A DNA stretch of 64,000 nt, from IMG/VR virus record IMGVR_UViG_3300021092_002038, positions 1 to 64,000 of that record, one strand, 5' to 3'. The first letter of the stretch is position 1. Each line of letters starts with the position of its first letter. Below, in pieces: positions 19,444 to 29,464 of the stretch. This DNA is from a virus. Position numbers and translations under genes: made by a program. Below the pieces are notes generated by a model that did not search any database, was not told the DNA's origin, and worked only from the letters and a program-made list of their open reading frames with translations.

Positions 19444-20286
19444 ATGAAAGGAATTATTTTATCTGGCGGTAATGGTAGTAGATTATATCCGCTTACGACA
19501 GCAATAAACAAACAGTTGCTTCCCGTATATGATAAACCAATGATATATTATCCTTTAAGCACCATGATTGGGTGCAGCATAAGAGAATATTGCATTATAA
19601 GCACACCTGAATATTTGCCTTTGTATAAAAAAATGTTTGGCGCCGGACAACATTTGGGTTTGGATATTTGTTATAAAGTTCAAGAATACCCTCGTGGAAT
19701 TTCAGAATCATTCATAATCGCGGAAGATTTTATTGGGAATAACGATGTGGGTCTAATACTCGGAGACAATATTTTTCACGGTCCAATAAAAATTAAATCT
19801 GATTTAAACGATGCGATTATATTCGCGTATCAAGTAAACAATCCACGTGATTATGGCGTAGTCGAATTTGATGAAACTAATAAAGTTATTTCTATTGAAG
19901 AAAAACCTATAAATCCAAAAAGTAATTTCGTTGTTCCAGGTTTATATTTTTATAACAATGATGTGGTAAAATATTCTAAAAAATTGAAACCTTCTTCAAG
20001 AGGAGAATTAGAAATTACCGATCTAAACCGAATTTATTTAAAACAGAATAGGTTGTCTGTTATTAAATTTTCTAGAGGCACCGTGTGGTTGGATGCCGGC
20101 ACTCCAAGTTCTTTATATCAAAGCGGAGCCTACGTTCAGACTATACAAGAAAGACAAGGTATAAAAATTGGATGTGTTGAAGAAGAATGTTATAGAAAAA
20201 AATTTATAAATAAAAAACAATTATCTAATATAGTTGATAAGATGCCTAAGAGCGAGTACAAAGATTATTTAAACAAAATATTATGA
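19444..20286 (+). CDS. rmlA: Glucose-1-phosphate thymidylyltransferase
   Basis: GIILSGGNGSRLYP, KQLLPVYDKPMIYYPL, LILGDNIF, EEKP, RGELEITD and WLDAGT motifs. Confidence 0.97.
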   Translation: MKGIILSGGNGSRLYPLTTAINKQLLPVYDKPMIYYPLSTMIGCSIREYCIISTPEYLPLYKKMFGAGQHLGLDICYKVQEYPRGISESFIIAEDFIGNNDVGLILGDNIFHGPIKIKSDLNDAIIFAYQVNNPRDYGVVEFDETNKVISIEEKPINPKSNFVVPGLYFYNNDVVKYSKKLKPSSRGELEITDLNRIYLKQNRLSVIKFSRGTVWLDAGTPSSLYQSGAYVQTIQERQGIKIGCVEEECYRKKFINKKQLSNIVDKMPKSEYKDYLNKIL

Positions 20287-21149
20287 TTATATTATTCGGA
20301 TCAAGTGGATATATTGGAAGTGAATTTAAAAGACAATTAGAACAATTAAATTTGGATTTTTACTGTTGGCCTAATACAGCAAACACTACTATTTTTCAAT
20401 TAAACGAATGGTATAAAAATTTTGGATGTAAAAAAATTGATATTGTAATTAACAGTGCGGCTTATATAGGAAAACCTAATGTTGAAGTGTGCGAATACAA
20501 TAAAGAATTGACTATATTAGGAAATATTGTGTGGCCTAATACTATTACTACTTGGTGTAAGATGAATAATATTCCATTGGGACATATTTCCTCTGGTTGT
20601 ATTTATTCTGGTTGTAAATCTGATGGAGAATCATTTACTGAAGAAGATGTGCCTAATTTAACATTTATACAAAATAATTGCAGTTTTTATGGTGGCACAA
20701 AAGCATTATCAGAAAAAATAGTTAAAGAATGGGAAAACTCTTACATTTGGAGAATCAGATTGCCGTTTGATGAATGTGATAATAATAGAAACTATCTAAC
20801 TAAATTAATAAACTACGATAAATTGTTGATAGCCGAAAACTCTTTATCAAATAGAAAAGAATTAGTTACTGCGTGTATAAAGACATTTACTAAAAAAGTT
20901 CCGTTTGGAATTTATAATGTAGTGAACGATGGTTATATTACTACTGAAAAAGTAGTAGAAAAAATTAAAAATACTATTAAAAAAGATAAAATATTTAATT
21001 TGATAACTGAAAAAGAGTTTTATAATACTATAAGTTCTCTTCCACGATCAAACTGTATTATAAGTAATAATAAATTAAAATCGGTGGGTATTAATATGAT
21101 GGATGTATACGACTCAATTGATTACTGTCTATTGAATTGGAAATATTAA
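20283..21149 (+). CDS. dTDP-4-dehydrorhamnose reductase-like SDR (RmlD/NRS-ER-like)
   Basis: GSSGYIG, GKPNVEVCE, HISSGCIY, YGGTK and RIRLPF motifs; translationally coupled to rmlA. Confidence 0.85.
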   Translation: MIILFGSSGYIGSEFKRQLEQLNLDFYCWPNTANTTIFQLNEWYKNFGCKKIDIVINSAAYIGKPNVEVCEYNKELTILGNIVWPNTITTWCKMNNIPLGHISSGCIYSGCKSDGESFTEEDVPNLTFIQNNCSFYGGTKALSEKIVKEWENSYIWRIRLPFDECDNNRNYLTKLINYDKLLIAENSLSNRKELVTACIKTFTKKVPFGIYNVVNDGYITTEKVVEKIKNTIKKDKIFNLITEKEFYNTISSLPRSNCIISNNKLKSVGINMMDVYDSIDYCLLNWKY

Positions 21150-21916
21150 TGTAATGTTTTTAAATTTGTTTCTGAATTATGTTTTATATAAGACCCCCAT
21201 TTATATTTTGAATATTCGTGGCCGATCATTTCTGTAGTTTGTCTTTTCAAATTTGATTCTGAATTGATATTAGTAGTTAAACTGACAAAATGATAAAAAT
21301 GTGTTCTGTATGTTCTTAACATTTTTAAACCTGCCAGTTGACATTTAAGAAAAAATTCCCAATCAGCAACAACTCCTAATTCATAATTTTCATCCCACCC
21401 TCCTAATTTTAAATAATCTAATTTCGACATAAATATAGGAGGAGTTGACCCGGTTTCTTCAATCACATTTTTGTTTATAGAATTTACATATTCCCATAAA
21501 TTTTCCAGATCAAATGTTTTTGGATCCCTTCCTAAATTTGTAATTACAAACTGTTTAAACATACTAGGAATAGGTTCTATATGATTTGGTGTTAATACTG
21601 TATTTGGTCTATAATCTTCGTTTAAGATTACATCCCAATTTTTTGGAAATACATTATCATCGTTAACTAATAAAATGTTTTTAAATGAACTATTATATAC
21701 TCCTAAGTTCATTCCTTTACATAATCCGACATTTTGTTCTAAGTTTAGAATTTCTATAGAATCTGCATATTTTTCTAATACATGTTTATTAAGATCATAA
21801 AATCCATCAACCACTACTATAATTTGATTTTTATATTTTTGACCTAGTACAGCCGATTTAATGCATAAGTCTAAAGACTCTGGCGATTTATATGTTGGTA
21901 TTATTACAGAGATCAC
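21146..21916 (-). CDS. Glycosyltransferase family 2
   Basis: ISVIIPTY, VVVDG, LVNDD, GGWDE and DWEF motifs. Confidence 0.9.
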   Translation of the reverse strand: MISVIIPTYKSPESLDLCIKSAVLGQKYKNQIIVVVDGFYDLNKHVLEKYADSIEILNLEQNVGLCKGMNLGVYNSSFKNILLVNDDNVFPKNWDVILNEDYRPNTVLTPNHIEPIPSMFKQFVITNLGRDPKTFDLENLWEYVNSINKNVIEETGSTPPIFMSKLDYLKLGGWDENYELGVVADWEFFLKCQLAGLKMLRTYRTHFYHFVSLTTNINSESNLKRQTTEMIGHEYSKYKWGSYIKHNSETNLKTLH

Positions 21917-21918
21917 AT

Positions 21919-23145
21919 TTAGATTACTTTTATGTCCGGCACTAAAATTATAAATTTATTTTCATAAATATTTTCAAGTGATTTGATAATATAATTCGCA
22001 AAATTATGCGCTAATATTAGAATATAATCTGGCGTTTTTTCTTTTAATATTTCTTTAGATACAATTTGAATTCCAGTTCCTGGTATAAACTTACCTTGTT
22101 TTATATCGGTGTCATCAATTACATAATCAATATGAGTGTAATCAATACCCATAGCGTTTAAGTATATACATCCTTTTGCTGCGGCTCCAAATCCAAATAT
22201 AGTTTTATTCTCTTTTTTGATCGATTTGATAAAGTCAGAAGAACTTTTAATATGACTATACACATTATTACCCCAATTTAAATAATACTCTAAATTGTAT
22301 TTCTTTTCGTGCGTTAAGAACTCTTCGACTGTATTATCTGAATTGAAATTTGAGTTTTTCTTAGTGATGATTAACCTCAAAGATCCACCATGCATGTTTT
22401 GTTTTGTGATGTTAACTATTTTTAGATTATGTTTTTCCATCAACATTTTAATTGGAGTAACTGAATGATAATACATATGTTCATGATAAATTTGATCAAA
22501 TTGATTTGTTTCCATATTATGGATCCAATATGGAAACTCTAATAACCAAATTCCATTATCTGATAATAGGTGTTCTATTCCTTTTGCAAAACTATTTATA
22601 TCTTTTAAATGTTGAAATACATTTGTTGATGTTATTACTTCAAATTTATTTTTTATAGTTAAAGATACTTCGTAATTAAAAAAATTGACATTGACAGGAA
22701 TACCTTTTTCAAGACACAACTTTGTTAAGTTTTGTGAGGGGTCTATATTTAGAAGATTCAATTTTTTGTTTGTTGTATTTTTAAACATTTCTAATAAAGT
22801 TCCATCATTTCCACCTATGTCTGCTATGTTAATACCGTCTTGAACGTTCACATAATTTTGAATATATTGAAACATAGTTTTACAATGTGTATGATATGGT
22901 ATATTTACTTGAGATTTAAATAAATAATTTGAAAACAATAGATTGCTATCAACGGCAAAGTCTAAGCTAGATTGTCCTGATGAAGGATAGTAATTTACAT
23001 TTAGAGGAAATGTAGTCGCAGTAAGAGATTCTTCTTTAGTTAGACATAAATTATTTACTAAAGGAATTTCTCCTAAACTAAAGTATTTTATTTTATTAGT
23101 ATTACCCGTAATCGGACAATTATTTATAACAGAATGATTATACAT
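21919..23145 (-). CDS. SAM-dependent NDP-sugar C-methyltransferase
   Basis: DIGGNDGTLL, NVFQH, FDQIYHEH, HGGSLR, FGAAAKG, KQGKFIPG and ILAHNF give the Methyltransf_13/23/14 architecture. Confidence 0.9.
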   Translation of the reverse strand: MYNHSVINNCPITGNTNKIKYFSLGEIPLVNNLCLTKEESLTATTFPLNVNYYPSSGQSSLDFAVDSNLLFSNYLFKSQVNIPYHTHCKTMFQYIQNYVNVQDGINIADIGGNDGTLLEMFKNTTNKKLNLLNIDPSQNLTKLCLEKGIPVNVNFFNYEVSLTIKNKFEVITSTNVFQHLKDINSFAKGIEHLLSDNGIWLLEFPYWIHNMETNQFDQIYHEHMYYHSVTPIKMLMEKHNLKIVNITKQNMHGGSLRLIITKKNSNFNSDNTVEEFLTHEKKYNLEYYLNWGNNVYSHIKSSSDFIKSIKKENKTIFGFGAAAKGCIYLNAMGIDYTHIDYVIDDTDIKQGKFIPGTGIQIVSKEILKEKTPDYILILAHNFANYIIKSLENIYENKFIILVPDIKVI

Positions 23146-23146
23146 A

Positions 23147-23848
23147 TTAAATTTTTTCCCACTCTATAAATGGACTTAACCAAGGCAATTCGCTATGTGT
23201 AGACTTTCCTGGCACGGAAGAAATTACAGATCTATCCTGAATTTGAACTAATTCACAAAAAGCGTCGTAGTCTCTTGGATACGATGTTAATAAATATTTT
23301 TCCCATATTTGTTTATCTTTTTTTATTGTAGAACCTTTTGATCCAAATGTCATTGTAGTTGAATTTGTTAATTTCCAATGAAAATGTTCAGTTCTTACTA
23401 ATCTTGTTATTTCACCGCCATTTTCTATCTGTGGATTGCCGCCAAATTGAGCATCAATATACTTATCTGGACAATCATACAACGTAACATAATTTGCTAT
23501 ATCCAATCCCTCTTTTAAAGCTAGAAAACATCCATCTACATATAGGTAATCGTCTTCTGCAAAATAAACAAACTCATTATCAGCAACTTCTTCACATGCT
23601 CTATAAAGACAGTGACGAAATGAATGTGCGTTATTTAACGATGTATTTTCTCTTATTATGTTTGATTTACATTTTGAGTCTATAAATTTACTCAAATTTG
23701 GATCGTTAACATTATCTGCAATTATATAAATCTGATTTTCTGTTACATCAAAATATTTTAGAAAAATTTCTAAACAATGTTCTTTAGTTGCATTTGGTAA
23801 TCTATTCTTTTTATAAGAATTATTGCTAATACGATAATATATTTTCAT
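23147..23848 (-). CDS. GT-A fold glycosyltransferase-like protein
   Basis: IIADN, YFAEDDY, VTLYD-PDKY and STTMTF motifs. Confidence 0.7.
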   Translation of the reverse strand: MKIYYRISNNSYKKNRLPNATKEHCLEIFLKYFDVTENQIYIIADNVNDPNLSKFIDSKCKSNIIRENTSLNNAHSFRHCLYRACEEVADNEFVYFAEDDYLYVDGCFLALKEGLDIANYVTLYDCPDKYIDAQFGGNPQIENGGEITRLVRTEHFHWKLTNSTTMTFGSKGSTIKKDKQIWEKYLLTSYPRDYDAFCELVQIQDRSVISSVPGKSTHSELPWLSPFIEWEKI

Positions 23849-23857
23849 ATTTATTGT

Positions 23858-23980
23858 TTACTTATAATCAGATAAATCGTAAATGCCTATAACATTATAT
23901 CCTGGTTTATTTTGTAAAACCCAATCCGTAAATCTTGCTCCAATTAATCCTGCCACTACTGTAATTATTACATTTTTCAT
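23858..23980 (-). pseudogene. N-terminal stub of an NAD-dependent epimerase/dehydratase
   Basis: 40-aa MKNVIITVVAGLIGARFTDWVLQNKPGYNVIGIYDLSDYK*. This is the Rossmann start with TGxAGxIG mutated to TVVAGLIG, then truncated. Confidence 0.75.
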
Positions 23981-23984
23981 ATGA

Positions 23985-24806
23985 TTAAATTTCTATTACT
24001 GGTTGATCTGACCAATGTAAATGACACAAATTTCCAAATCTTTTATATAAAACATTTTTATGACTGCCATCTATTATTTTAGAAAATTTTATCAAATTTA
24101 TAATTGAATCTATCTCTGCATCATTTAGTAACATATGACTGGATAGTTTGTTTTCAACTACGGTCTTTTTGAGAAATGATTCACAATCACAGTTTGGAAT
24201 ACATTCCCATGGTTTTTGATTTATATCTTTTCGATCTTTATATATTTTATACAATTCATATATAGATTCTTTATTCGGATAGAATTTTATTTTATTTTTT
24301 ATGATATAAAAATAGGTTTGTGGGTAAAAATATTCTTTAGATTTGACCTTTTCTTTTAAAGTATTATTATCTTCATCTTTATTCTGAATAAAGTAATAAT
24401 ATCCTAAATTATTAATATAATAAAAGTCAGATGGAACGATGTCTATGTTGAATATATCAGTATTTACTATAGTATCGTTTGAAAATTTCCATATATATTC
24501 ATATTGACCTAATTGACTTCCTCGTTCGTATATCACATATTCAATTAAAAATGTACCAAATGTATGACCTAAATTTTCTGAAAATATAAACTCTACAATA
24601 GAATCAGGAAACATTTTTTTTATTGTTTTTTCAGAAAAGTCGCATAGATTTTTGTCACCATTAACACTATAAATAATATAAGGAAATTTACTTAAAAAGT
24701 CTTTATTATATTCTACATACTCAAGGAATTTAATTACATCTTCTTCTTTTATTAAAGTTCCGACTGAAGAAAATATTGATTTTTTTAAAATGTCGTTTAG
24801 TGTCAT
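23985..24806 (-). CDS. Hypothetical protein, possible glycosyltransferase
   Basis: ENLGHTFG and YIWKFSND motifs, located inside the glycosylation island. Confidence 0.5.
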   Translation of the reverse strand: MTLNDILKKSIFSSVGTLIKEEDVIKFLEYVEYNKDFLSKFPYIIYSVNGDKNLCDFSEKTIKKMFPDSIVEFIFSENLGHTFGTFLIEYVIYERGSQLGQYEYIWKFSNDTIVNTDIFNIDIVPSDFYYINNLGYYYFIQNKDEDNNTLKEKVKSKEYFYPQTYFYIIKNKIKFYPNKESIYELYKIYKDRKDINQKPWECIPNCDCESFLKKTVVENKLSSHMLLNDAEIDSIINLIKFSKIIDGSHKNVLYKRFGNLCHLHWSDQPVIEI

Positions 24807-24832
24807 AATTATATTTTAAATTAGGTAATTTA

Positions 24833-24991
24833 TTAAATTATAGTAAAACAGTCATTTTTATTTAATTTAAACGATTCTATTACCCATGATATAATTTTTT
24901 TTCCAAAAACAGGAGTTAATACTTTTGGTAAATTATAGTCTGCAATTTTAAATCGTTCTCCTTTTCCTCCAAGTGGAATCACTATATTCAT
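24833..24991 (-). pseudogene. N-terminal stub of a sugar nucleotidyltransferase
   Basis: 52-aa MNIVIPLGGKGERFKIADYNLPKVLTPVFGKKIISWVIESF...*, carrying the GxGxRF...PK signature, then truncated. Confidence 0.75.
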
Positions 24992-25022
24992 GTTATTTGA
25001 AATTTGTATTTTTTAGGATTAT

Positions 25023-25691
25023 TCACAATCCTCTATTTTCTTCCTCTGTAAAGTCTCTATTATATCTTAAATTTGTGTTTTCTTGTTTTTCAATTGTTTT
25101 ATTATGAATTAATGCAAAATCAAGATCCTCTGGAAATCTAGAATATGTCTTTGTATGTTCAATTCGTTCATGTAATTTTCTTTCCCATTTTATATATTCT
25201 TTATTTTGAAAAATTCTACTTTGATAATCCGGCCAATTAACAATCTTTCTATCTTTATATTCCGTCAGTCTCCATCCCCACTTATTTGCATGTTGTTGAG
25301 TAACACCAACAAAATCGTTAATTCTTGGAATCCAGAACAATTCAACATCTTCGTTTTCTTTCAAAATATCTTTTAAGTTTTCCATTAAAATTTTCGAGGG
25401 AATTTCATCGGCATCAATTTGAAATACCCATTTTCCTTTGCACAAAGATTTTCCATAATTTTTATGTTCGCCATAATTTTTATCTAAATGGTGTTTATAA
25501 ACTTTAAAAAATCCATTAGAATTTTTTTCTACATTTTGCAAAACCGACAAAGTATCCACGTCATCGCTATAATCGTCTAAAATAATAGTTTCTGCGTCAT
25601 CCTTGTATTTGAAAAGAGTGTCAAATAAAAATTGTAATGAATATCCTTCATTTTTACACGTAACTAAATAACTTATAAAAGGTTTATTCAC
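25023..25691 (-). CDS. Glycosyltransferase family 2
   Basis: ILDDYS, WVFQIDADE, WPDYQSR and LHE motifs. Confidence 0.9.
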   Translation of the reverse strand: MNKPFISYLVTCKNEGYSLQFLFDTLFKYKDDAETIILDDYSDDVDTLSVLQNVEKNSNGFFKVYKHHLDKNYGEHKNYGKSLCKGKWVFQIDADEIPSKILMENLKDILKENEDVELFWIPRINDFVGVTQQHANKWGWRLTEYKDRKIVNWPDYQSRIFQNKEYIKWERKLHERIEHTKTYSRFPEDLDFALIHNKTIEKQENTNLRYNRDFTEEENRGL

Positions 25692-25694
25692 AAT

Positions 25695-27023
25695 CTATGA
25701 CGTGACCGTTGTTGTCTTTTCCGTTTGTATTTTACTAATTTTCGGTAGTTCAATCTTCTTTAACTTCGGCAAAACAATTTTCTTTTCAACTGCAAATTCA
25801 GGAACATGTTTATCCAACATAGCGTGAAACTGTTTGTCTATGGCCGACTCGTTAAATTTTTCAACTAAACTTGTTACTGATTCTTCAGACTTTTTCAAAA
25901 GCTTATCATAATTAACAATCATCCCCACAAATTTTTCTTTGGCTTTTTCATAATCAACATAAAACCAACTTGATTCTTTGATAAGATACTGATTTACTGA
26001 TTCTGGTGAAATTGTTTTGACGTCTCCTCTCAATAAATATGAATTGTCTTTATTTAGAAATTCTAAGTGTCCGCTCCAATCAGATGCCATCACCGGCTTG
26101 CCGCTCATTGCAGATAACAATAATGGATGTCCGTATCCTTCTCCATGCGTAAAACTCACATGACACTTAACCTTTTTATGATTAAATAATGCATTCATTT
26201 CAACGTCACTCAATTCGCCGTGTAGTAAATACACGTTGGGTAAATCTCCGTTCACATCATTTTTAATTTGATTTATCTTGGATAGACATTCATATTTATC
26301 AATTTTAGAAAAAGTAGCTCCGCTCGTTTTTAATATCAAAGCAGGCCTGTATTTTGAATTTTTGAAAGTTTCTAAAAATGTCTTGATTAACATTCCTATA
26401 TCTTTTCTATCTCCATATGCAGAGCCGTGCGTCCATTGTCCTACAAACAAAAAACAAAAATCTTCTTTTATGTTTGAAAGCTCATTTTCTATTGATGAAA
26501 CGGTTTCATCGGTTTTTTTATATATGTTAGTATTAACTCCCCAATTAACTACTTCTGTCGGTTTTATTAACTTAATTTCTTCTTTTTGTCCATTCGGATG
26601 TTGTTTTAAAAAATTTACTTTTTCAAATACTTCTTTTACAAATTTAGAAAGAACAAAATTTACATTCATTCGGTTCATTCCTTCAATCCAATCTCCTGAT
26701 GGAATAGTTGTCTCTATTCCTGCCGTCATACCAATATTAAATTTTGCTGGGGATTGGAATTCGCTGGGAATACTAATTTGAATAAATAATTCTGGTTGTT
26801 TATTCAAAGGTTCACGAATAATTCTGTTAAATAACTCCTTTTCGACCACATCCGTAATTTCTTCCGCACTATTTTTAGATGGACATGCTCCCCATCTTGT
26901 TGGCGCAATTCTTAAATCAAATTTATCATAACGTAACATCGATTTAGCCATTGCCATACTCCACTCACCATATCCGCTTCTAGTAAAAAGTGGAGACTGT
27001 AATATACAAATTGGTTTACTCAT
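25695..27023 (-). CDS. Glycosyltransferase, GT-B (family 4-like)
   Basis: TRSGYG, AGIET, FLFVGQW, RKD, HGEGYGHP and SDWSGH motifs. Confidence 0.9.
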   Translation of the reverse strand: MSKPICILQSPLFTRSGYGEWSMAMAKSMLRYDKFDLRIAPTRWGACPSKNSAEEITDVVEKELFNRIIREPLNKQPELFIQISIPSEFQSPAKFNIGMTAGIETTIPSGDWIEGMNRMNVNFVLSKFVKEVFEKVNFLKQHPNGQKEEIKLIKPTEVVNWGVNTNIYKKTDETVSSIENELSNIKEDFCFLFVGQWTHGSAYGDRKDIGMLIKTFLETFKNSKYRPALILKTSGATFSKIDKYECLSKINQIKNDVNGDLPNVYLLHGELSDVEMNALFNHKKVKCHVSFTHGEGYGHPLLLSAMSGKPVMASDWSGHLEFLNKDNSYLLRGDVKTISPESVNQYLIKESSWFYVDYEKAKEKFVGMIVNYDKLLKKSEESVTSLVEKFNESAIDKQFHAMLDKHVPEFAVEKKIVLPKLKKIELPKISKIQTEKTTTVTS

Positions 27024-27028
27024 ATAAA

Positions 27029-27709
27029 TTAATTTTCTCTTTCTTTTATTAAATCGCTATATCGTTTCCTTGGTGCAGAAACATTTGTTTTTTCATACAT
27101 CTTTATTAAGTGTTCAGGAATCGAAACTTTATTTTTTTCGGTATTATTTTCAGTGGTGCTCCCAAATCCACCTTTACCTCTTTCGGTGGAGTCTAAAACA
27201 TTCACTAATTCAAATATAACATTTTCTATTTGAGTTACTTTTAATTGGCATATAGTATCGCCTTTTTTATAAATTTTATTTAAATTTGGTCGGCCTACAA
27301 TTAAAGCTGATCCTGTATTTGGTTCCGTTGTGGGAACATATAGAAAATCGTCGGGTTGCCAAATATATTTGAATCTTAATAATATTTCTCCTCTATAATC
27401 CGCGTCAATTAAACATATCGAGTTGGCCAACATCAAATTATACTTGGATATTGAAGATCTGGGAAAACCTAAAATATCATAATCAGATATATTATTCATT
27501 TGAACCGAAGTAAACAAATTGGTTCTATATTGAATATAATCAATTGATTTATAATAGTATCCTGATCCGTCTTTATTTTGTTTTGTTCCAACAATTTCTG
27601 GTTCCGATGTAGCAATTATATCTCGGCCCGTCGAACGAGATGTGGCCGGTTTTGGCAATTTTTCTTCTGACGAATACGTTTCATTCTTTAAAATTTGAAT
27701 TTTTGTCAT
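27029..27709 (-). CDS. dut: dUTPase (trimeric type)
   Basis: FPRSSIS, LIDADYRGEI, GDTICQL and ERGKGGFGST motifs. Confidence 0.92.
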   Translation of the reverse strand: MTKIQILKNETYSSEEKLPKPATSRSTGRDIIATSEPEIVGTKQNKDGSGYYYKSIDYIQYRTNLFTSVQMNNISDYDILGFPRSSISKYNLMLANSICLIDADYRGEILLRFKYIWQPDDFLYVPTTEPNTGSALIVGRPNLNKIYKKGDTICQLKVTQIENVIFELVNVLDSTERGKGGFGSTTENNTEKNKVSIPEHLIKMYEKTNVSAPRKRYSDLIKEREN

Positions 27710-27729
27710 ATTTTAATAATTATAAGTTT

Positions 27730-28713
27730 TTATTTCACATTTTCAATTTCTTTTATTTCACGCATAATTTTGTCCACATCAATTTTTGGCATTTTAAATC
27801 CCAAACAATTTTTTGGCATTTTATGGCCAACATGTTCGGTCGGAGTGTGCAGTGAAAACGATTTCTCAGGAACAAAATTTTCTAGTGTAAAATCCATGGC
27901 TTTAATAAATTGGTGCGCAAGATTTTTATGATTTAACCCCCCCTCATTCATAGCCCATCGGCGACCTTCTAATCCAAACTTTTCTCGAATTTCTTCGGAC
28001 ATCATATACCAATACATCATTGCGTTAGCCACATCTTCCCATTTGCACAAATCATCAAAAATGTATGGCGTTGGTGGTGACCCCTGAACTACTCTAGTTA
28101 CCGGCCATATTGGTTTGGCCCACACACCGTGACGGCTATATTTTTTTTCGTTATTTGATGAGAAATCAACATCAAATTCTACTGGATTTCCTTCATCATC
28201 TAGTTGACCAATTTGATCTTGTAATCCTCCTGTAACATTTACAATAACAGGAGTTCCTGCCATTATAGATTCTGCTACGCTCAACCCAAACCCTTCATTT
28301 GAACTGACGTTAATCGTTACATCTGCGATATTATAAAGAACATTCATATCTTCAGGCGAAAATCTATCTTGAATTACCAAAAAATTATGATCTGGTAAAA
28401 ACGCTTCTTGAATAGCTTTTAAATCGGTGCCGGCATCTAATACTTGTTCGGTATGACATACCAAAATACATTTTTCCGATTTTTCTTTTGGTAAATTGTC
28501 ACAAAACATTTTGAACGCCAATGCTATATTAGATGTTCTTTTTCTTTGAATGTTTCTACTATTGTAAAAAAATACAAAATCATAATCAATATCTTTAAAA
28601 ATATTTTTTTTCATCACGACGAGTTTCTCGTCGGTTTTATTTAGTGGTTTAAATACTTCACTATTAATTCCATGAGGAACGTAATGTAATAGATGTTTTC
28701 CTTTTACTGACAT
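27730..28713 (-). CDS. GT-B glycosyltransferase, C-terminal half
   Basis: Starts near YVPHGI; contains SRNIQRK, LYNIAD, NEGFGL and TGGLQDQ. Confidence 0.85.
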   Translation of the reverse strand: MSVKGKHLLHYVPHGINSEVFKPLNKTDEKLVVMKKNIFKDIDYDFVFFYNSRNIQRKRTSNIALAFKMFCDNLPKEKSEKCILVCHTEQVLDAGTDLKAIQEAFLPDHNFLVIQDRFSPEDMNVLYNIADVTINVSSNEGFGLSVAESIMAGTPVIVNVTGGLQDQIGQLDDEGNPVEFDVDFSSNNEKKYSRHGVWAKPIWPVTRVVQGSPPTPYIFDDLCKWEDVANAMMYWYMMSEEIREKFGLEGRRWAMNEGGLNHKNLAHQFIKAMDFTLENFVPEKSFSLHTPTEHVGHKMPKNCLGFKMPKIDVDKIMREIKEIENVK

Positions 28714-28723
28714 ATTTTTCCTT

Positions 28724-29269
28724 TTAATTTTTGATTAACTTTCCATCTGTGTTAAACTCGCCGTCTACGGTTAGACAGTTTTCCGGTCTGAGCACCCACT
28801 TATTTATATTCATAGTTTGTTTACTAATAGAAAATAACGTGTCGCAGCTTTCATAAAAAGGTCGATTCCACATAGGATATGGAATGTCATCCCAAATGTT
28901 AAGATACGTCAATGGAATTTTTTGTCTAATCTTTTTTTCAAGTTGATACAACCACCCCCAAAATCTAGGATCGGTAAAGTGTAAAATTGCGTCAGGCTTT
29001 TCCATATTCATAACCGCCATTAATACATCTTCATTGCCATATCCGTCTACCGGGTACAATTTTAAATATGCGTCTTGTAGTTTTGTATATTCGTTTGCGG
29101 CAGCTGACATGTCTATTATTTTTCCCTTTTCGTAATGATTAATTGCGCCTGCGATTTGTACCCAATCATAATGGTGAATTGTGTTTAAAACAAGTTCACG
29201 TGATTGACAAGCAATTCCACTAAACATTCTTAAATCGTCGCTCAGTAATAATATTTTTTTCTTTTTCAT
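28724..29269 (-). CDS. GT-B glycosyltransferase, N-terminal half
   Basis: KILLLSDDLRMFSGIA, EKPDAILHFTDPR, IWDD and ISKQT motifs. Confidence 0.8.
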   Translation of the reverse strand: MKKKKILLLSDDLRMFSGIACQSRELVLNTIHHYDWVQIAGAINHYEKGKIIDMSAAANEYTKLQDAYLKLYPVDGYGNEDVLMAVMNMEKPDAILHFTDPRFWGWLYQLEKKIRQKIPLTYLNIWDDIPYPMWNRPFYESCDTLFSISKQTMNINKWVLRPENCLTVDGEFNTDGKLIKN

Positions 29270-29284
29270 TTTAAATCATGTAAG

Positions 29285-29464
29285 TCAAGGAGTTTTTACG
29301 CCACTAGAATTATAATCTTCAATAATTGCTTTTATTTCCGATTCAATGTCTTTGATTTTTTCTTTGTATCCCGCATTAACATCTTTTTGATCTAACTTAA
29401 CCTTTATTAATTGTTCAGTCAATTCGTATACCTTTTGTTCAGCTTGTTGTTTTGTCAATTTCAT
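29285..29464 (-). CDS. Small coiled-coil protein (59 aa)
   Basis: Not in the ORF track: MKLTKQQAEQKVYELTEQLIKVKLDQKDVNAGYKEKIKDIESEIKAIIEDYNSSGVKTP*. It fills the gap in the operon. Confidence 0.6.
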   Translation of the reverse strand: MKLTKQQAEQKVYELTEQLIKVKLDQKDVNAGYKEKIKDIESEIKAIIEDYNSSGVKTP

